Assembly: GCA_002633005.1 (NCBI GenBank)
Contig: NMRA01000003.1
Span: 777,665-841,664 of the forward strand
Length of the DNA: 64,000 nt
Source: Phoronis australis
Lineage: Eukaryota > Animalia > Phoronida
Direction of reading: 5' to 3'
The position numbers were made by a program, and so were the translations under genes. Below, in pieces: positions 51,546 through 63,526 of this stretch. Every line of letters starts with the position of its first letter. Within the stretch, counting starts at the first letter, position 1. The notes below the pieces were generated by a model. It had not been told where the DNA came from and made no database searches. It worked only from the letters and a program-made list of their open reading frames with translations.

Positions 51546-53141
51546 AGGAGAATGCCACCCGGTTTAATTAGTCTTTTTTACCGTCTTAATCGGTCTATAT
51601 CCACATCGCCTCTTATACTGTCGACCTCACCTTGCAGAGAGGTGTCGCGTTAACCTGTGAGGAAGGTGAGAAACGACACAGCGACGTCAGTGGTTTGTCT
51701 GCAGAGTGAATGCTGCTATATTGCGGTGCATCGTTTCCGCTTGTCCAAACTATGAAGCTGCGAAGAAAGCCGGTATGTCGTTTCTTTCGACTTCCTCGAG
51801 AGCCCGAAATGCTTAGGAAGTAGTTCGAGGTAGTGAAGACTGAAAGGTACGCTGTCAATAGCAAGTATGAGGCCGTGAAACATCTCCGTGTCTGTGGCCG
51901 GCATTTTGTCGACAGTGATTTCTCTGACGAATTCCGGCTTACCAGAGAACTATCCATACGTTCCGTTGCATGTTCACGACGCCTCTCTAGTACTTCTTGA
52001 TCAGTGTATTCCGGTTCGAACTGATAGCCTGTGAAACCTAACGATCCGACCCGTGAAGTCTTCGTCAGAAGACTGAGCTCTTGACTAAGTCGGGATTGGC
52101 GCTGGGCGAGTTGCCATGTAGACGTTTATTATTCTGCGTTCTGTTTCAAAACGAATTATTCTCATTCTAACCAATGCTTAAATAAAACTGAAACAAAGTC
52201 TGTCTCATTAGATACAATTTGTAATGCCTTTGCAGTATTCGTGAGTGCAAATGTTGAGAAGCCAGCAATGAATAAACCACTGCGTTACCGGCTTTTCATG
52301 CCGGCAATAAAGGTAATTGACAGGGCACCGAGGCCGTGTGAGCGCATGCTAATTCAGTGTTTGCTGACAGAAAGCTGTTGTGAAACAATTACTCGATTTT
52401 ATATGCTATGGTCACATATAGGGGAATCTTTATTTAGAAATACAAATTCATTATTCAAATCATTGTTACTGTACAACCTTTGCCCTGACGGTCTGTGGAA
52501 GGGGAACCCGACTTCGCGGTCCCCGACAAGTAAGATTTCAGTTTCGTGGCTAATTCACATAAATAATTACGTGCACATTATTTCTTTGGCTCACTATTAT
52601 AGTCTTTTCGTGTTTGGAGGTTTAGTTTCCAACTCAAGCTGGTTTATGTGCGTGCCAGTCCCGGCGGCCGCGACGGGCATGGTCGGGTTCCGAGCCACTG
52701 GCCGAGATAACAAGCGTGTGTTTAGAACTCAAAAAATCACAAGTCTAAATGACACAGATCTAGGTTCTTCTGTCTGTATTTCACGGAAGAATACTACGAA
52801 TTGATCTCCGAACAGACCCCCAAACTCCTGCTACGGACCTTGGTAAATTGGCCTGACGAACTCTGTAGGTTACGGTGTGTAGAAATACCAATAAATCCGT
52901 AACAGCGAAATAAAACAACATGTTTTTATAAGAACTTGGTGTATTTTAAGGGTCTTACATCGAAGTTTGATGATTTATTGGTGTTAAACAATGAATTCAA
53001 GCGATTAGCTGACACCAGTAACCCGTGTTGTGAACTGCTGAACAGACTGCGTGTGAAACAAATGACGTCATTGCCTCCGTCTGTCGTCAGCTGTCGATCT
53101 AAATTGATACAATATAGGTTGTTTTTGGGTGGCAATCTCCT
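51546..53141. mobile_element. Kolobok-type DNA transposon, non-autonomous and decayed, 1596 bp
   Basis: TTAA TSDs (51542-51545 and 53142-53145) and 15-bp TIRs AGGAGAATGCCACCC / GGGTGGCAATCTCCT (1 mismatch). Decayed KolX-like coding remnant on the minus strand and THAP-like remnant (FCLYFTEEYYE) on the plus strand. Confidence 0.82.
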
Positions 53142-55381
53142 TTAAGGATATCTCAAACGTTATTCACAAAAACTGTCCATTTTTACAATTTTTCACATGT
53201 GTCTAGCAAAATGCCTGAACTCGATTCTGTGGGAAATTCAAATGCAAAATATATACCTTGTAGTGAGACAATAAGATTTAGCAAAACCACCTTGAAACCG
53301 CACAACCGCGTGGATATTTGTTTACAACTTATCCGAGGTCAGGGCTGTCGCTCTCTCGCTTCGTATGTACCCTCAGTCTTTTCATTCGCCGAGTCGTCAT
53401 AATATTGAGCCAAGTCAACGAGGTGTACTTAGGATTGAACGGTGCCAGGACAACAAAGACAAAGACGAGACGTAGTTTTGACTCTGAGGGAGTTGTGCGT
53501 TTACATGCCTACGACAGTTGAGAACGAATGCTACGAGTCACCTCACGCCTCTGTACTCACAAACACAGCAAATTGTGAAAAGACATAATCCTCACCCAAA
53601 TTCCTTAATTCAATAACTAAATTGACATTTCGCTGTTTCGATCTCATGCTAACGATATGCTTTAACCAACGACTCGATCGTCCATTTTACTTGGTTTTGT
53701 ATCAGTCTCCAGGCACGTGACGTGATGAACTCTGACCTACTTTTAAGTAGGTCAAACAATAGCAACAGTTGATCCCACCTCGTGGCTGGGGACGGTACGT
53801 TTTAATGATACTTAAGTTAATTACGCACTGCAAATTCAGTTGACATTGTGAGTGTATGCTGAAATAGTTAACATGGTTTAGGGATGTATAGGCTATATTG
53901 AACGAAAACAAGTTTTCACCGAATAATTAACCAAAGACTTTGAGATTTTCACTCGTCCCAGTTTGATCGGCTTTTTCTCGGCTTCGCAAGTCGACTTTAT
54001 TTGAACTTAGGAACGCGAGTTCTTGGAAACGGCTTGGAGGATTTCGCTGAAACTTTCCAAACTTGATATTTATTCATGAATCTTAGAAATTTTGTTAGGA
54101 TTTTTGATATAAACCCTAGTTTTTGCGAAATAAGAGACGAATACGACTTCTATTTTTTAACAACAATACCTTATGTTTTGCGAGTTGCTTTGTCATATAA
54201 ACTAAACGAAAAAACTAATCGAAAATTCCATATACCGTTTTTGAGATAATTGATGAAGTTTTCTTTTAAAAAAGGTTTTCATTAAAATCGAGCCAGGGAT
54301 TATTTTGCTATGAATGTACATTTCTTAAAAATGAAATTTTGATTTAAAAAGGTGTTAACGTAATGGCACATAAATGTAAAAAATTGTGTATCCCCTTGTC
54401 TTTTTCTCCTTCAGAAAAATATATACTTGTACTAGTTGACAAACCTTAGTTTTTCGATATGCGAGTTAGAATGGAAGCCACTAAATAAGTTTTTGCGCGA
54501 TCCTCTAATCTATGCTAACACCATTTGTGCAAAGTTTGTCGGGTGCGGCCCGATGATTTCGTGAAGCGCTTTGAATGAGAGCAAATTCAAAATTATTACT
54601 AACTTTATTATCATTGTAGTTAGTAATATCAGTAGCTACAACAACTTTGTTGTTCTTGTACATCATTATCCTATCTTTAACAGATAGGCTAGGATTAAAC
54701 CATTAACGCGGGCAGAGGGTTTAATTGAACCCCCGAACCCCCTGGCTACGGGCCTGAGATTGATCGGGTCCATGGGCAGGTAATAATATTCGAAGTGCGT
54801 ATTGTAGTATTTACATGGTAGGTAAGACGGGCCAACTTACTATTATTGTTTTTGATTTTGGCTTTTAACTTTATTTGACTGGGTCCCAGGCAAAACATCA
54901 AAATGGCGTCAAACTAAACAAGCGAATAACACTGCATACAATGCGACAATTTTAAGACTGTCACGTGAAGAAATAGAGTTCAAACGCAATGATATGACGG
55001 TAAATAAAGATCATTGAAAATTATGTCACACATAGACACTAAACCTACCGTTGGACATGAGACTTCTCTGTCCCTCCACCCCTCCTCTGTCCGGCCTTCC
55101 AGGGACCCTAGTAGGCTTATTAAGCCTCGCCAGCCTTATGCTAAATCCGCCACTGAGTTTGACAGTACCATCGTCTCAACTGCCACCAGTACAGACGGTA
55201 TTCGGCTCTCCTCTGTAGGATATGGCTTCGTATCCTCTTGCGAGAGCAGTCTAAAAATGCCCCGTTGCCGATTGGGGCGGTTCGAAAAAAGTTTGATTGT
55301 GGGAGGATTTCTTCTGGCTGGGAAGACTTAAAGACATCAACGGCCTCTTAAATGAGGTGTCCCTCTAGACATGAATTTGTT

Positions 55382-55382
55382 G

Positions 55383-55414
<32 letters not shown>

Positions 55415-55453
55415 AGGGAGAGGGAGAGGGAGAGGGAGAGGGAGAGAGAGAGA
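55382..55453. repeat. (GA)n/(GAGAGG)n microsatellite
   Basis: Read directly. Confidence 0.95.
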
Positions 55454-55780
55454 GTCAGAGTAAATTTTTATTTACGGTAATATGCGAAATAGTGCGCCGA
55501 ACGAGATATTTTTAGACTGCTAATATTGGAATAATGTAATATGGACACACAAAACATGAACGAGCGATGACCTTTTTGAACCAACATAGCATCGACATCG
55601 TCGCGAACGCAAAAGTTACAATTCAATCCAAAAGCATGCTTCTTGTCAAATGGTGCAGGTGGCTCTATGCCATATGAACATCTCAAAAATTCTCTCTTCA
55701 ACAATGTTTCTGTAGTAAGACTGAGAAATGAGCGATAAATTTTCGCTATCAGCTTTACTACAATTTTTTGTTCATTACAG

Positions 55781-56017
55781 ATAGTTACGGTGTCGCCCCC
55801 TGGTGGATTGGGTTTGTAATCCTTGGAGGAATTACACTACTTCCTGTTGCGCCCTTCACGTTTCTTCCAAAACGCATTGACCAGGACCCAACTGAGGACG
55901 GTGATACAACAAACAATTGGAACACTTGTAACGGTGAATCTAGAAGTTGGCAACTGTTACGACAGTCTCAACCAATGTCCGAGATAGATGGCATTTCACT
56001 AACACCGACTTTAAAAG
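55781..56017 (+). CDS. SLCO: SLCO coding exon 3
   Basis: Acceptor ttcattacag|AT; encodes DSYGVAPWWIGFVILGG...FLPKRI...TPTLK; donor G|gtaggc; 237 nt; phases 1-1. Confidence 0.88.
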
Positions 56018-56832
56018 GTAGGCTTACAAGATATCTCGTTCATTTGACCGCGGAGCAATGGTACCTAACCTCCCAACAGGCAGTTGATAAACATGCCTTT
56101 TACTCTGGAAATCAAGTGTCAAATTGATATATACACAAAACGTACCGAGAGTGGCGTACATGAAGTAATATCCCACCAGACATTGTTCCGCGTATCGACC
56201 GAGACCGAATAAAGTCGAGTGTGATATTACTTCATGTACGCCAATCGAGGTACTTTTTGTACTTATCCCATGCGCTTCGAATCCATACATTTCGTACACG
56301 TTTTCGGCATATTTTTCAAATACTTCACCAAGACTACTCATATGGCGGATCGCATCCTAGGCCTATATGAATGTACTTTCGCGTTAGGTTGCAAGTTTTC
56401 TCTTGTAAAAGAAACAGTTTTAAAAGTAACGATTTATTTCTTGAAAAGAGGTAGCAAAGATGAAAACAGCGGCAACTTTGCAGTGAACTTGTAACATCTC
56501 CTGGAAATAGTTAAAAAACAACAATATTTCACATTTTAATTTCCTAAGAATCGGCGCTTGAGTTGCAGACGATATAGTATTCAGCAATTGAAAACTGAGA
56601 CATAAGTGTCTTATAATTAACAGCTTTGTTCCCGATTTTACGTTTAGGGTCTGGTTGCATGTCGAGTGGTTAATTACACTGTTGCAACTGTATTACTTTA
56701 AACTATATTCGGAAAGTTTGATGATCGAACCGGCTGAAGACGTCGAGTCGATATTGACCTACCTTTTGAAATTTCCATGTCAGAGGTCGCAGTTGAAGTA
56801 GTGCGGGTGGTGAATACGGAAAGCTTTATTTC

Positions 56833-57053
56833 ATAGACCCTGTTCACGCCCACAGGAACGAGGCTCGCTACCATAGCTCTGGTGGCTTATCCGCGTGGTT
56901 ATAGTCTACTCCGCCGTTGCTCGAACAGCTAGAAAAAAATACGGACACTCTGTTTTATATTCCCTAAGGACGTTGGGATTCGGAAGCGTTGGGTCCTTGC
57001 CATACGCCGCGACGAAGGAAAATATGTCCGTTTGAAATTTATAACTGTTTTCG
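56833..57053. repeat. Dispersed repeat; inverted copy at about 62668-62903
   Basis: For example GCGACGAAGGAAAATATG pairs with CATATTTTCCTTCGTCGC, and GCTAGAAAAAAATACGGACACTC pairs with GAGTGTCCGTATTTTTTCTAGC. Confidence 0.88.
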
Positions 57054-59124
57054 AATCATAATTTGTCGCATCTCGGACTGGATGCCGCCATAGCAACGAG
57101 GACCGGAGAATCTTCGGCCAGCCAGGCTGTGTTTTCATGACCATGGGTTGAAGCGCGATGCATTTTTCTTTACAAAAATGACAGGGCTCTCAATTCCTCA
57201 ATTTTGGGGCCAAATATCGGGCCTATTTCCCTCTCAAAAATATTGAAAAATCACGCGAAATTCCCGTTCACGAGGCCTAAAAATCCCCTTTGTGATTGAA
57301 AATTTCTCTCCAACGGTTGAAATCAGACCCCCCCCTTGACAGCCGCAAGTAAAATAAACCAGCAAAACTTGAAGCGGGAGGAAACTTGTACTGAGTTCGA
57401 GCTAGGACCGGTAGCGGACGAGGGGGAAAACACGTTCCGTTTTATTTTTTTTAGTCCAACGACAGATTTCCTGAGCAGAAGGTATACATCTTCGGCGCCC
57501 GCAACTTCCGGGCCGCCTGCGTGCATACAATCGCGCTTTGCCCGCTAGTCTCCGAGGATGTCGGGCTCCCCCCTCACTACTGACTAGGCCTATATGGTAT
57601 CCTAGATCAGCCACTGAAAATGCTACTTGAGACAGAGCTATGAGAGCTTGCAAAAGGGCGGGGTGGTATTGATGGTGATCGGGAGGTCAGTAGAGTTTTT
57701 ACTGACCCGTCACTCGGCGAAACGTTCCCCTCTCAGAAAGCCGCACAAACATGAGGCACCTTTCCCCTCGGATATGAACGAGGCCTCTGAAGAAACATGA
57801 TAACTATGCTTGTTCCAGGGGTGACCCAGGACTTTGAGTTAGGGGGGGGGCAAGGCAGAGTATTAGCCAGGATTTTGCCTATCAGAAATTCGCGGTCCTC
57901 AACTGCCAAATGAGAATTTTAGGGAGGAGGGGCTGGGGCATAGCCCCTTGGCTCCCTTCTAAATCCGCCACTGTGTTCTGTCCAATTAACTGAAATTGAG
58001 CTCTAAAACGAGGTTATGCTTTGGATGAAAGAATTAGGTGTTTTAATTTTAAAATTCAACTTGGTCGAGTTTGATATTTGAAAAATATAACAAATGAAAT
58101 AGACGTAATTATTAAAACCAAGAAAGCAGAATTAATGGTCATATAATTTTTATTTTCAATTGCGAGCCTAGTTTTTTATCATAATCAAAATATATATTTA
58201 ATAACATCAAGTATTATTTCAGATCAATGACAAATCAACTGTTCGTCCCGGTAGTGCCTACCTCACCAGGACCTAGGCTATGCTTGAAGCTAATAGGCCT
58301 ACTCTTGATCAACAATTTAAACCAGATGAGGATAATTGCACATGACAGCAAAATGCTATGAGCCACCACTGTCGAATATATCTTCAACTCGTCAACAATA
58401 CGACCAGATGACCTGGTTCGGGTAGAAAGCATTTTTATCATGAATTTATTAGAAGAAACGTAACCCTGCATTCAGCATGATACCAAATCCGTAACACTAC
58501 GATCGCCGCAATCTAGTCATGTTTACTTTCATGTTTCGAACCTAGTTTTCCGGAAAAAACCTATATCCTTTCGCCAGACAACTCTTTGGTGCATTGACTT
58601 GTTCTTTAACTGTATTTTTCTACGTCTCTGTGTCAGACACATTTTTTAAGATTTAATATTCAGGTTGGACTCCAAAGACCGGCCATTTAACTCACACAAT
58701 GTAAATTTCCGCTTTGTTTATCGCAGTGAGCTTCGCTTTGGATTTTAATGTCCGCCGCGTGAATAGAGTCTATGGCCGTATTTCCCTCGACAGATTCAAC
58801 GCGAGTGGGATAAATGATGATTTTTGTCTGGTATTGTTGGCTGTATGGCCATTGTACAAGATTTGTTTTGTTTCGTTTAGTTGGCATGAAGGCAAACAAG
58901 ATGTCATTAAAAAATTTAGTTTAAAATTCGAAATTTTGCAAATTAACTTCATTATGTATTTATTCCAAGTAAGCACACAATTTGGAAATCGCCGGAAAGA
59001 GTTTCACAAGGATTCGTGAATGACAATGTTTCGTTTTGATTTAGTTTTAGTTGATCACCCAGTTAAACACAATTTCACCTCAGCTTCATGGGTTTTTTCG
59101 GTCTGGATTTTTCCTATTTTGGTT

Positions 59125-59246
59125 AACTTGTTTAAAAAAGTTCTTTTACAGGTTTGGTAAATGCGGGTCGTCATCTTATTTTTAACCTTGTTTATATGGG
59201 ACTGAACCTGATGCTATGCGCGCAGTTGAAAAAAAAACTTGCTTAA
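59125..59246 (+). other. Tandem partial duplicate of the SLCO exon 4 acceptor and first 80 or so exon bases
   Basis: TTACAG|GTTTG...TTTATATGGGA..AACCTGATGCTATGCGC.CAGTTGAA is repeated with a 113-bp offset. Confidence 0.9.
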
Positions 59247-59264
59247 AAACAATTTCTCTTACAG

Positions 59265-59429
59265 GTTTGCTAAAGGCAGTTCGTCGTCTTATTTGCAACC
59301 CTGTTTATATGGGAATTAACCTGATGCTATGCGCCCAGTTGAACGCGGGGGTGATTCTTGGATCCTTCTTTCCCAAGTACTTACGTGAAGAATTTGGCCA
59401 GCATGACTGGGTGTCCAATCTCATTACAG
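59265..59429 (+). CDS. SLCO: SLCO coding exon 4
   Basis: Acceptor ctcttacag|GT; encodes GLLKAVRRLICNPVYMG...FFPKYLREEFG...NLIT; donor G|gtagcc; 165 nt. Contains the OATP NP and FxPKYLExxF-type motifs. Confidence 0.9.
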
Positions 59430-59626
59430 GTAGCCTGTCACTCTCTCTTCATTAACTTAATACTTTCGTAAATAGTTGACCTTTAGGTCTCGTGGTGCCC
59501 TTTACTAGTAGCAAAAATGCTTGAGTGTTCGATATTCGTAAAAAAATAAGGGATAAACAATGATTTAAATGCAGTGTGGCGAGAACTTCTAAACCTTGGT
59601 TTATGAATGAGCATTGCTTGTTTCAG

Positions 59627-59810
59627 CACTCGTCGGTGTAGCAGCGGCATTCGGTCTTTACTTGGGCGGTTTCATTGTAACCAGGTTCAAACTTTCTGTT
59701 CCCCATACGGCCAAGATGATATGTGGCGCTATGGTGTTTGTTCTGATACACTACATCATACGAACATTAATCGGATGCGACACAGGGCGGACTGTCAGCA
59801 TTCACTCCAG
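59627..59810 (+). CDS. SLCO: SLCO coding exon 5 (gene incomplete in this window)
   Basis: Acceptor gtttcag|CA; encodes ALVGVAAAFGLYLGGFIVTRFKL...LIGCD; donor AG|gtaaat (phase 2). I did not find the Kazal-like loop exon or TM10-12 before 64000. Confidence 0.88.
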
Positions 59811-61300
59811 GTAAATTTGCAGACTACTATTCTGTTTTAAGTGGAACTTGCACGCTAATTCCTTATCTCTGTGACTACTTGATCAAATTAGTTAGAAACA
59901 CAACATACAGCGACGGTGTGAATATGAAGTTGATTGAAAATTGCCAAATTGAGTCGAAAATGAGGTAAGTTACTCAACCGTATCCACTAGTGCTGGGGAA
60001 TTACACTGCATGACGCAGGCTATACGAGCTCCAAAGGCACATCATTAGTGCAAAGATCACCTATTTGCAGAATTTTTTGTCTTCACATTTACAAGTTGTC
60101 AGTGAATAAAACTGCACTTTGTTTAGCGTAGACGATGTTCAAACAGCATTGTCGTTTAGTTCTTGCTACATACTGGCATAGTTAGGAGCAGGGGCGGATC
60201 CAGGATTTTGAGTTCGGGGGACCAGGGCACAGGAATAACCAGAATTTCGGCAGGTGCGCGCGCCCAGCCTAAAATGTAGGGATGCAGGGGTCTCGAATAT
60301 TTGGGTTTGCGGACCTTTTGACTAAAAAAAAAAACGGTAAACGGGGTTTGTTCAGGGCCTACCCCCCGAGCCCTCCTGGTTGCGCGCATGTGCTAGTCAG
60401 TAATTCGCACCCGAACTGCGAACTGCCAACTGGTATCTGGTAGAATTTTAAGGGGGGGCATGGCCCCCTTGGCCCCCCCCCTAAATCCGTCACTGAGGAG
60501 CATGCAACTACATCTTTAAATCTATCGCGCTTGTTCTGACAGAGTAAGTGCTTCATCACAGCTAGCAGGCCAATTATCTACCACTGTTCAAAGAGTTGCT
60601 AAAACCATTCTTCTATTGGTGCCAGAGAACTGAAGTCTAACGCATCTATTTTGGGCAATTTTTATTCTATTTATTCCCATTAAAAAACCTCATGACATAC
60701 CTTTTTACGAGGAATTAATATTCAGATACCAAACACTATGAAAAATAAACACTTTTAATCCATGACATATCAATTTATTTTAACCAGAGTTTTATTGCCG
60801 CGAAGCTATGATCACTAATGGGGTAATTGATACACTCCACGCAATAGGGCCTTAGATCAGATATCCTGATAAACATGCTTTTTGACGGCAGCGGAACTTC
60901 CAGAAATCAATTGACTGATGATCCCTAAGCCTGAGGTTGTAAATATCGAGTCACGTTCAAATTGCTGGTTGATTGTTTTCCAAAAAGTGTCTTGAAAATA
61001 TCCCGATTTCATTATTTTTAGCGCTGACCAATGTATACTGTTGTTTTCGACGACTGCTGAAAGTTAAAGAAAAAAGCTGGACGGGATTAGTATTGGAGGG
61101 TCAATGCTCAGTGGTGGAGGTCTTACCTCTGTGGCAGAACCTAGTGCCCTTGTGTAAATGGTCAAATGTCAGATCCCTTGGGATATCATGTGATGTTCCC
61201 CAAGGATACACACCGGGGCCCTTGTTATTTACCGTCCCAGTGACCTATCGAGCGCCATCATACATTGCAAATGAGTAATGGATTCGGATGACACATATAC

Positions 61301-61431
61301 GTTATCCCACATACATAGGAATAGTCTACTACTGTCATATCCTATCGAGAATTCAATTCGTTGGGACATTCCCAGATGAAATGAATTCGAGATTTTGTAT
61401 CACAGTAGTATTCCTATGTATGTAGGATAAC
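61301..61431. mobile_element. Foldback (hairpin) MITE; partial related copy at about 44232-44310
   Basis: GTTATCCCACATACATAGGAATA...TGGGA, a CAT loop, then TCCCA...TATTCCTATGTATGTAGGATAAC. Confidence 0.8.
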
Positions 61432-62532
61432 CTATTTATCCCATGTGGTATGAACTTATTTACATCGTGGCGATATCTTGTTGACATGGGCTTTGGCTTG
61501 TTGCTATACGACGTCATGTATGCCAAGCGTACCCGCGCTGGTTAAGCGACAAAAACAGCATATATTAATATAGAAGGCCCGCCGAAAGGAGGCCGGAGAG
61601 CGGGGCCCCTATATTGATATAGGCGGCCTCGCTTTTGAGGTCCAAAATTAAGTTATCTGTGATGTTGAATAAGTGCTAATTTAATTTCTTGCCTATGTCA
61701 TTTTAACAACAATAAGTCATTTTAAATAATGAGCTGTTGAAAGTTTTATTTCATAATATATTTATAAGAATTTTCAGTTCATAAACAATGAACCACTCAA
61801 TAATATTTAAATTTCTCCAGATAAGCTACTTAGAAGCAATACATCTGGAAATGTAAAATTAAAACATTAACTGAGCAGTTGTAGGTGCTGCAATGTGTCG
61901 TTTTAGCTTCGACGAATTTCTTAGTTTTCTAGGCCTATTTCCGTGTCTTAGCTTCTGCAATGGAATCAGTGATAGAAATGTTTCCCCCGTGCTGATCACA
62001 GCATTGGAAAATAACGGTATAAACTGTGCTGATTTGCAGAACTTTAGATAAGGACTGTAAGCTTCCAGTGAAGAAGAGTCGAAGAACACTGCGAGCAGAC
62101 GATTGTGTCAGTAAAAAACACGTACTCGATATTTAATTAGGTCGCAATTTTATGTAAATGTTTAGCTCTCCGTGTGGATATACTGTATGCATTCATAACA
62201 AAACGTTTTTGTTTGATTTGAATTAGTTTTTTGCCTGATTTTGTCGGGGATTGACCTATTTATGATGACCCGAATTAGCGAAGTCTAAAAGTGGCCGCCT
62301 GATCGCCGTGCGTCGGAATTTTTATCGGTAAATCTTCGCTGAAAGCTTAGATTTTGGCGGAGCAGTAAAACTGCTTTTTCAGGAACGACGCCTTGGATCA
62401 ATGTTTTTAGGTAACCCAAATGAACGAGCCCAATCAAATTTGCAGTCGTGTACACAAGTTCTCGCCACCAGGAGACTGCACACCAAGCGTGAAATATGGA
62501 ATCTAGCGTTGTATACGGAGTGGCTCTATAGA

Positions 62533-62651
62533 CAAACCCCCCTCCCGACCTCCCCCCATTCGGTGCTATGCACATCTACAATCGTGGTTTGCGCAAATGC
62601 TTGCAGACAAAATGTTGGCCCCCCCCTTGTGATGTCCTAGATCCGCCACTG
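62533..62651 (-). mobile_element. End of a CAGTGGCGGATCTAG-TIR family element
   Basis: Ends in CTAGATCCGCCACTG and is a near reverse complement of 63527-63652. Related termini occur near 13137, 21111, 57600, 57960, 60190 and 60480. Confidence 0.8.
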
Positions 62652-62667
62652 GTATCATCTAACTTTC

Positions 62668-62903
62668 CGAAAACATTTATAAATTTTACACGAACATATT
62701 TTCCTTCGTCGCGCGTATGGCAACCACCCAACGCTTCCGAATCTCAACGTCCTCAAGGGTTGTAAAACAGACAGTTGAGTGTCCGTATTTTTTCTAGCCG
62801 TTCGAGCAACGCGGAATACAACCAGTATGCCGATAAGCCAACAGAGATATCGTAGCGAGCCTCGTTTTGGAACGCGCCTCCTTCCGGCGTGAATTAGGTC
62901 TAT
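62668..62903. repeat. Dispersed repeat, inverted copy of 56833-57053
   Basis: Co-linear reverse-complement match over about 220 bp. Confidence 0.88.
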
Positions 62904-63095
62904 AGGAAGATTCTTAACATGTGGCTAAGTATTTTGGATTAGTTTTCATGCAGTTCAGTAGTCAGATATTATATCCTGGCAAGGTCAGTGTAAATATGAC
63001 CATTTGCCAAGTTGGGCAACTGAACGAAGGACTGTTCGAAAAATTGTGATTGTTTTAGCTTCAGCCCAGCTTAACCACATCATATTCCTGGCGTG

Positions 63096-63236
63096 CGTTC
63101 AGTAGACGCTAGGACCTACGCTAGGACCTAGCTAAAACCTAGTCAAAGTCACGTGTTCTCATTTAAAATGCACGGCAATATCTCACGTAATCTCGCGAAA
63201 TCTTGCTTTTTAGCGAGGTCCTAGCGTTACTGAACG
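63096..63236. mobile_element. Small MITE
   Basis: Inverted termini CGTTCAGTAGACGCTAGGACCT and AGGTCCTAGCGTTACTGAACG. Confidence 0.7.
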
Positions 63237-63526
63237 GGAGGCTGGTCTGCACGCCATTCAGTACTTTCACTCCCTAATGGGGCTATTCGGAGAATTCTCC
63301 TCGCGGTGTCGCTGCTGTACTAGTGGTGATTGAATTGCGCATGCGTGGCTGTCTGCATGTAAACAACTGGTAAAAGATGGAATTCTTATCAAAATACGTC
63401 GTCGCGCTAAGCCTTATTACTGCTAATTTCCCTGGTGCAAGTCTTCGACAGGTGGCCACAAATTCCCAAAAGACCTAAGGTTACTATATTCGTGGACAAT
63501 TGCGGTCAAAAGGGTCAACTAATTGC

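Noticed and set aside
52241-52804. 187-aa ORF as a host gene
   Set aside because: It lies inside the TTAA/TIR-bounded transposon, starts at GTG, and the THAP-like residues fall in other frames.
60916-60945. CTGATGA as a hammerhead ribozyme core
   Set aside because: No stem II followed by GAAA.
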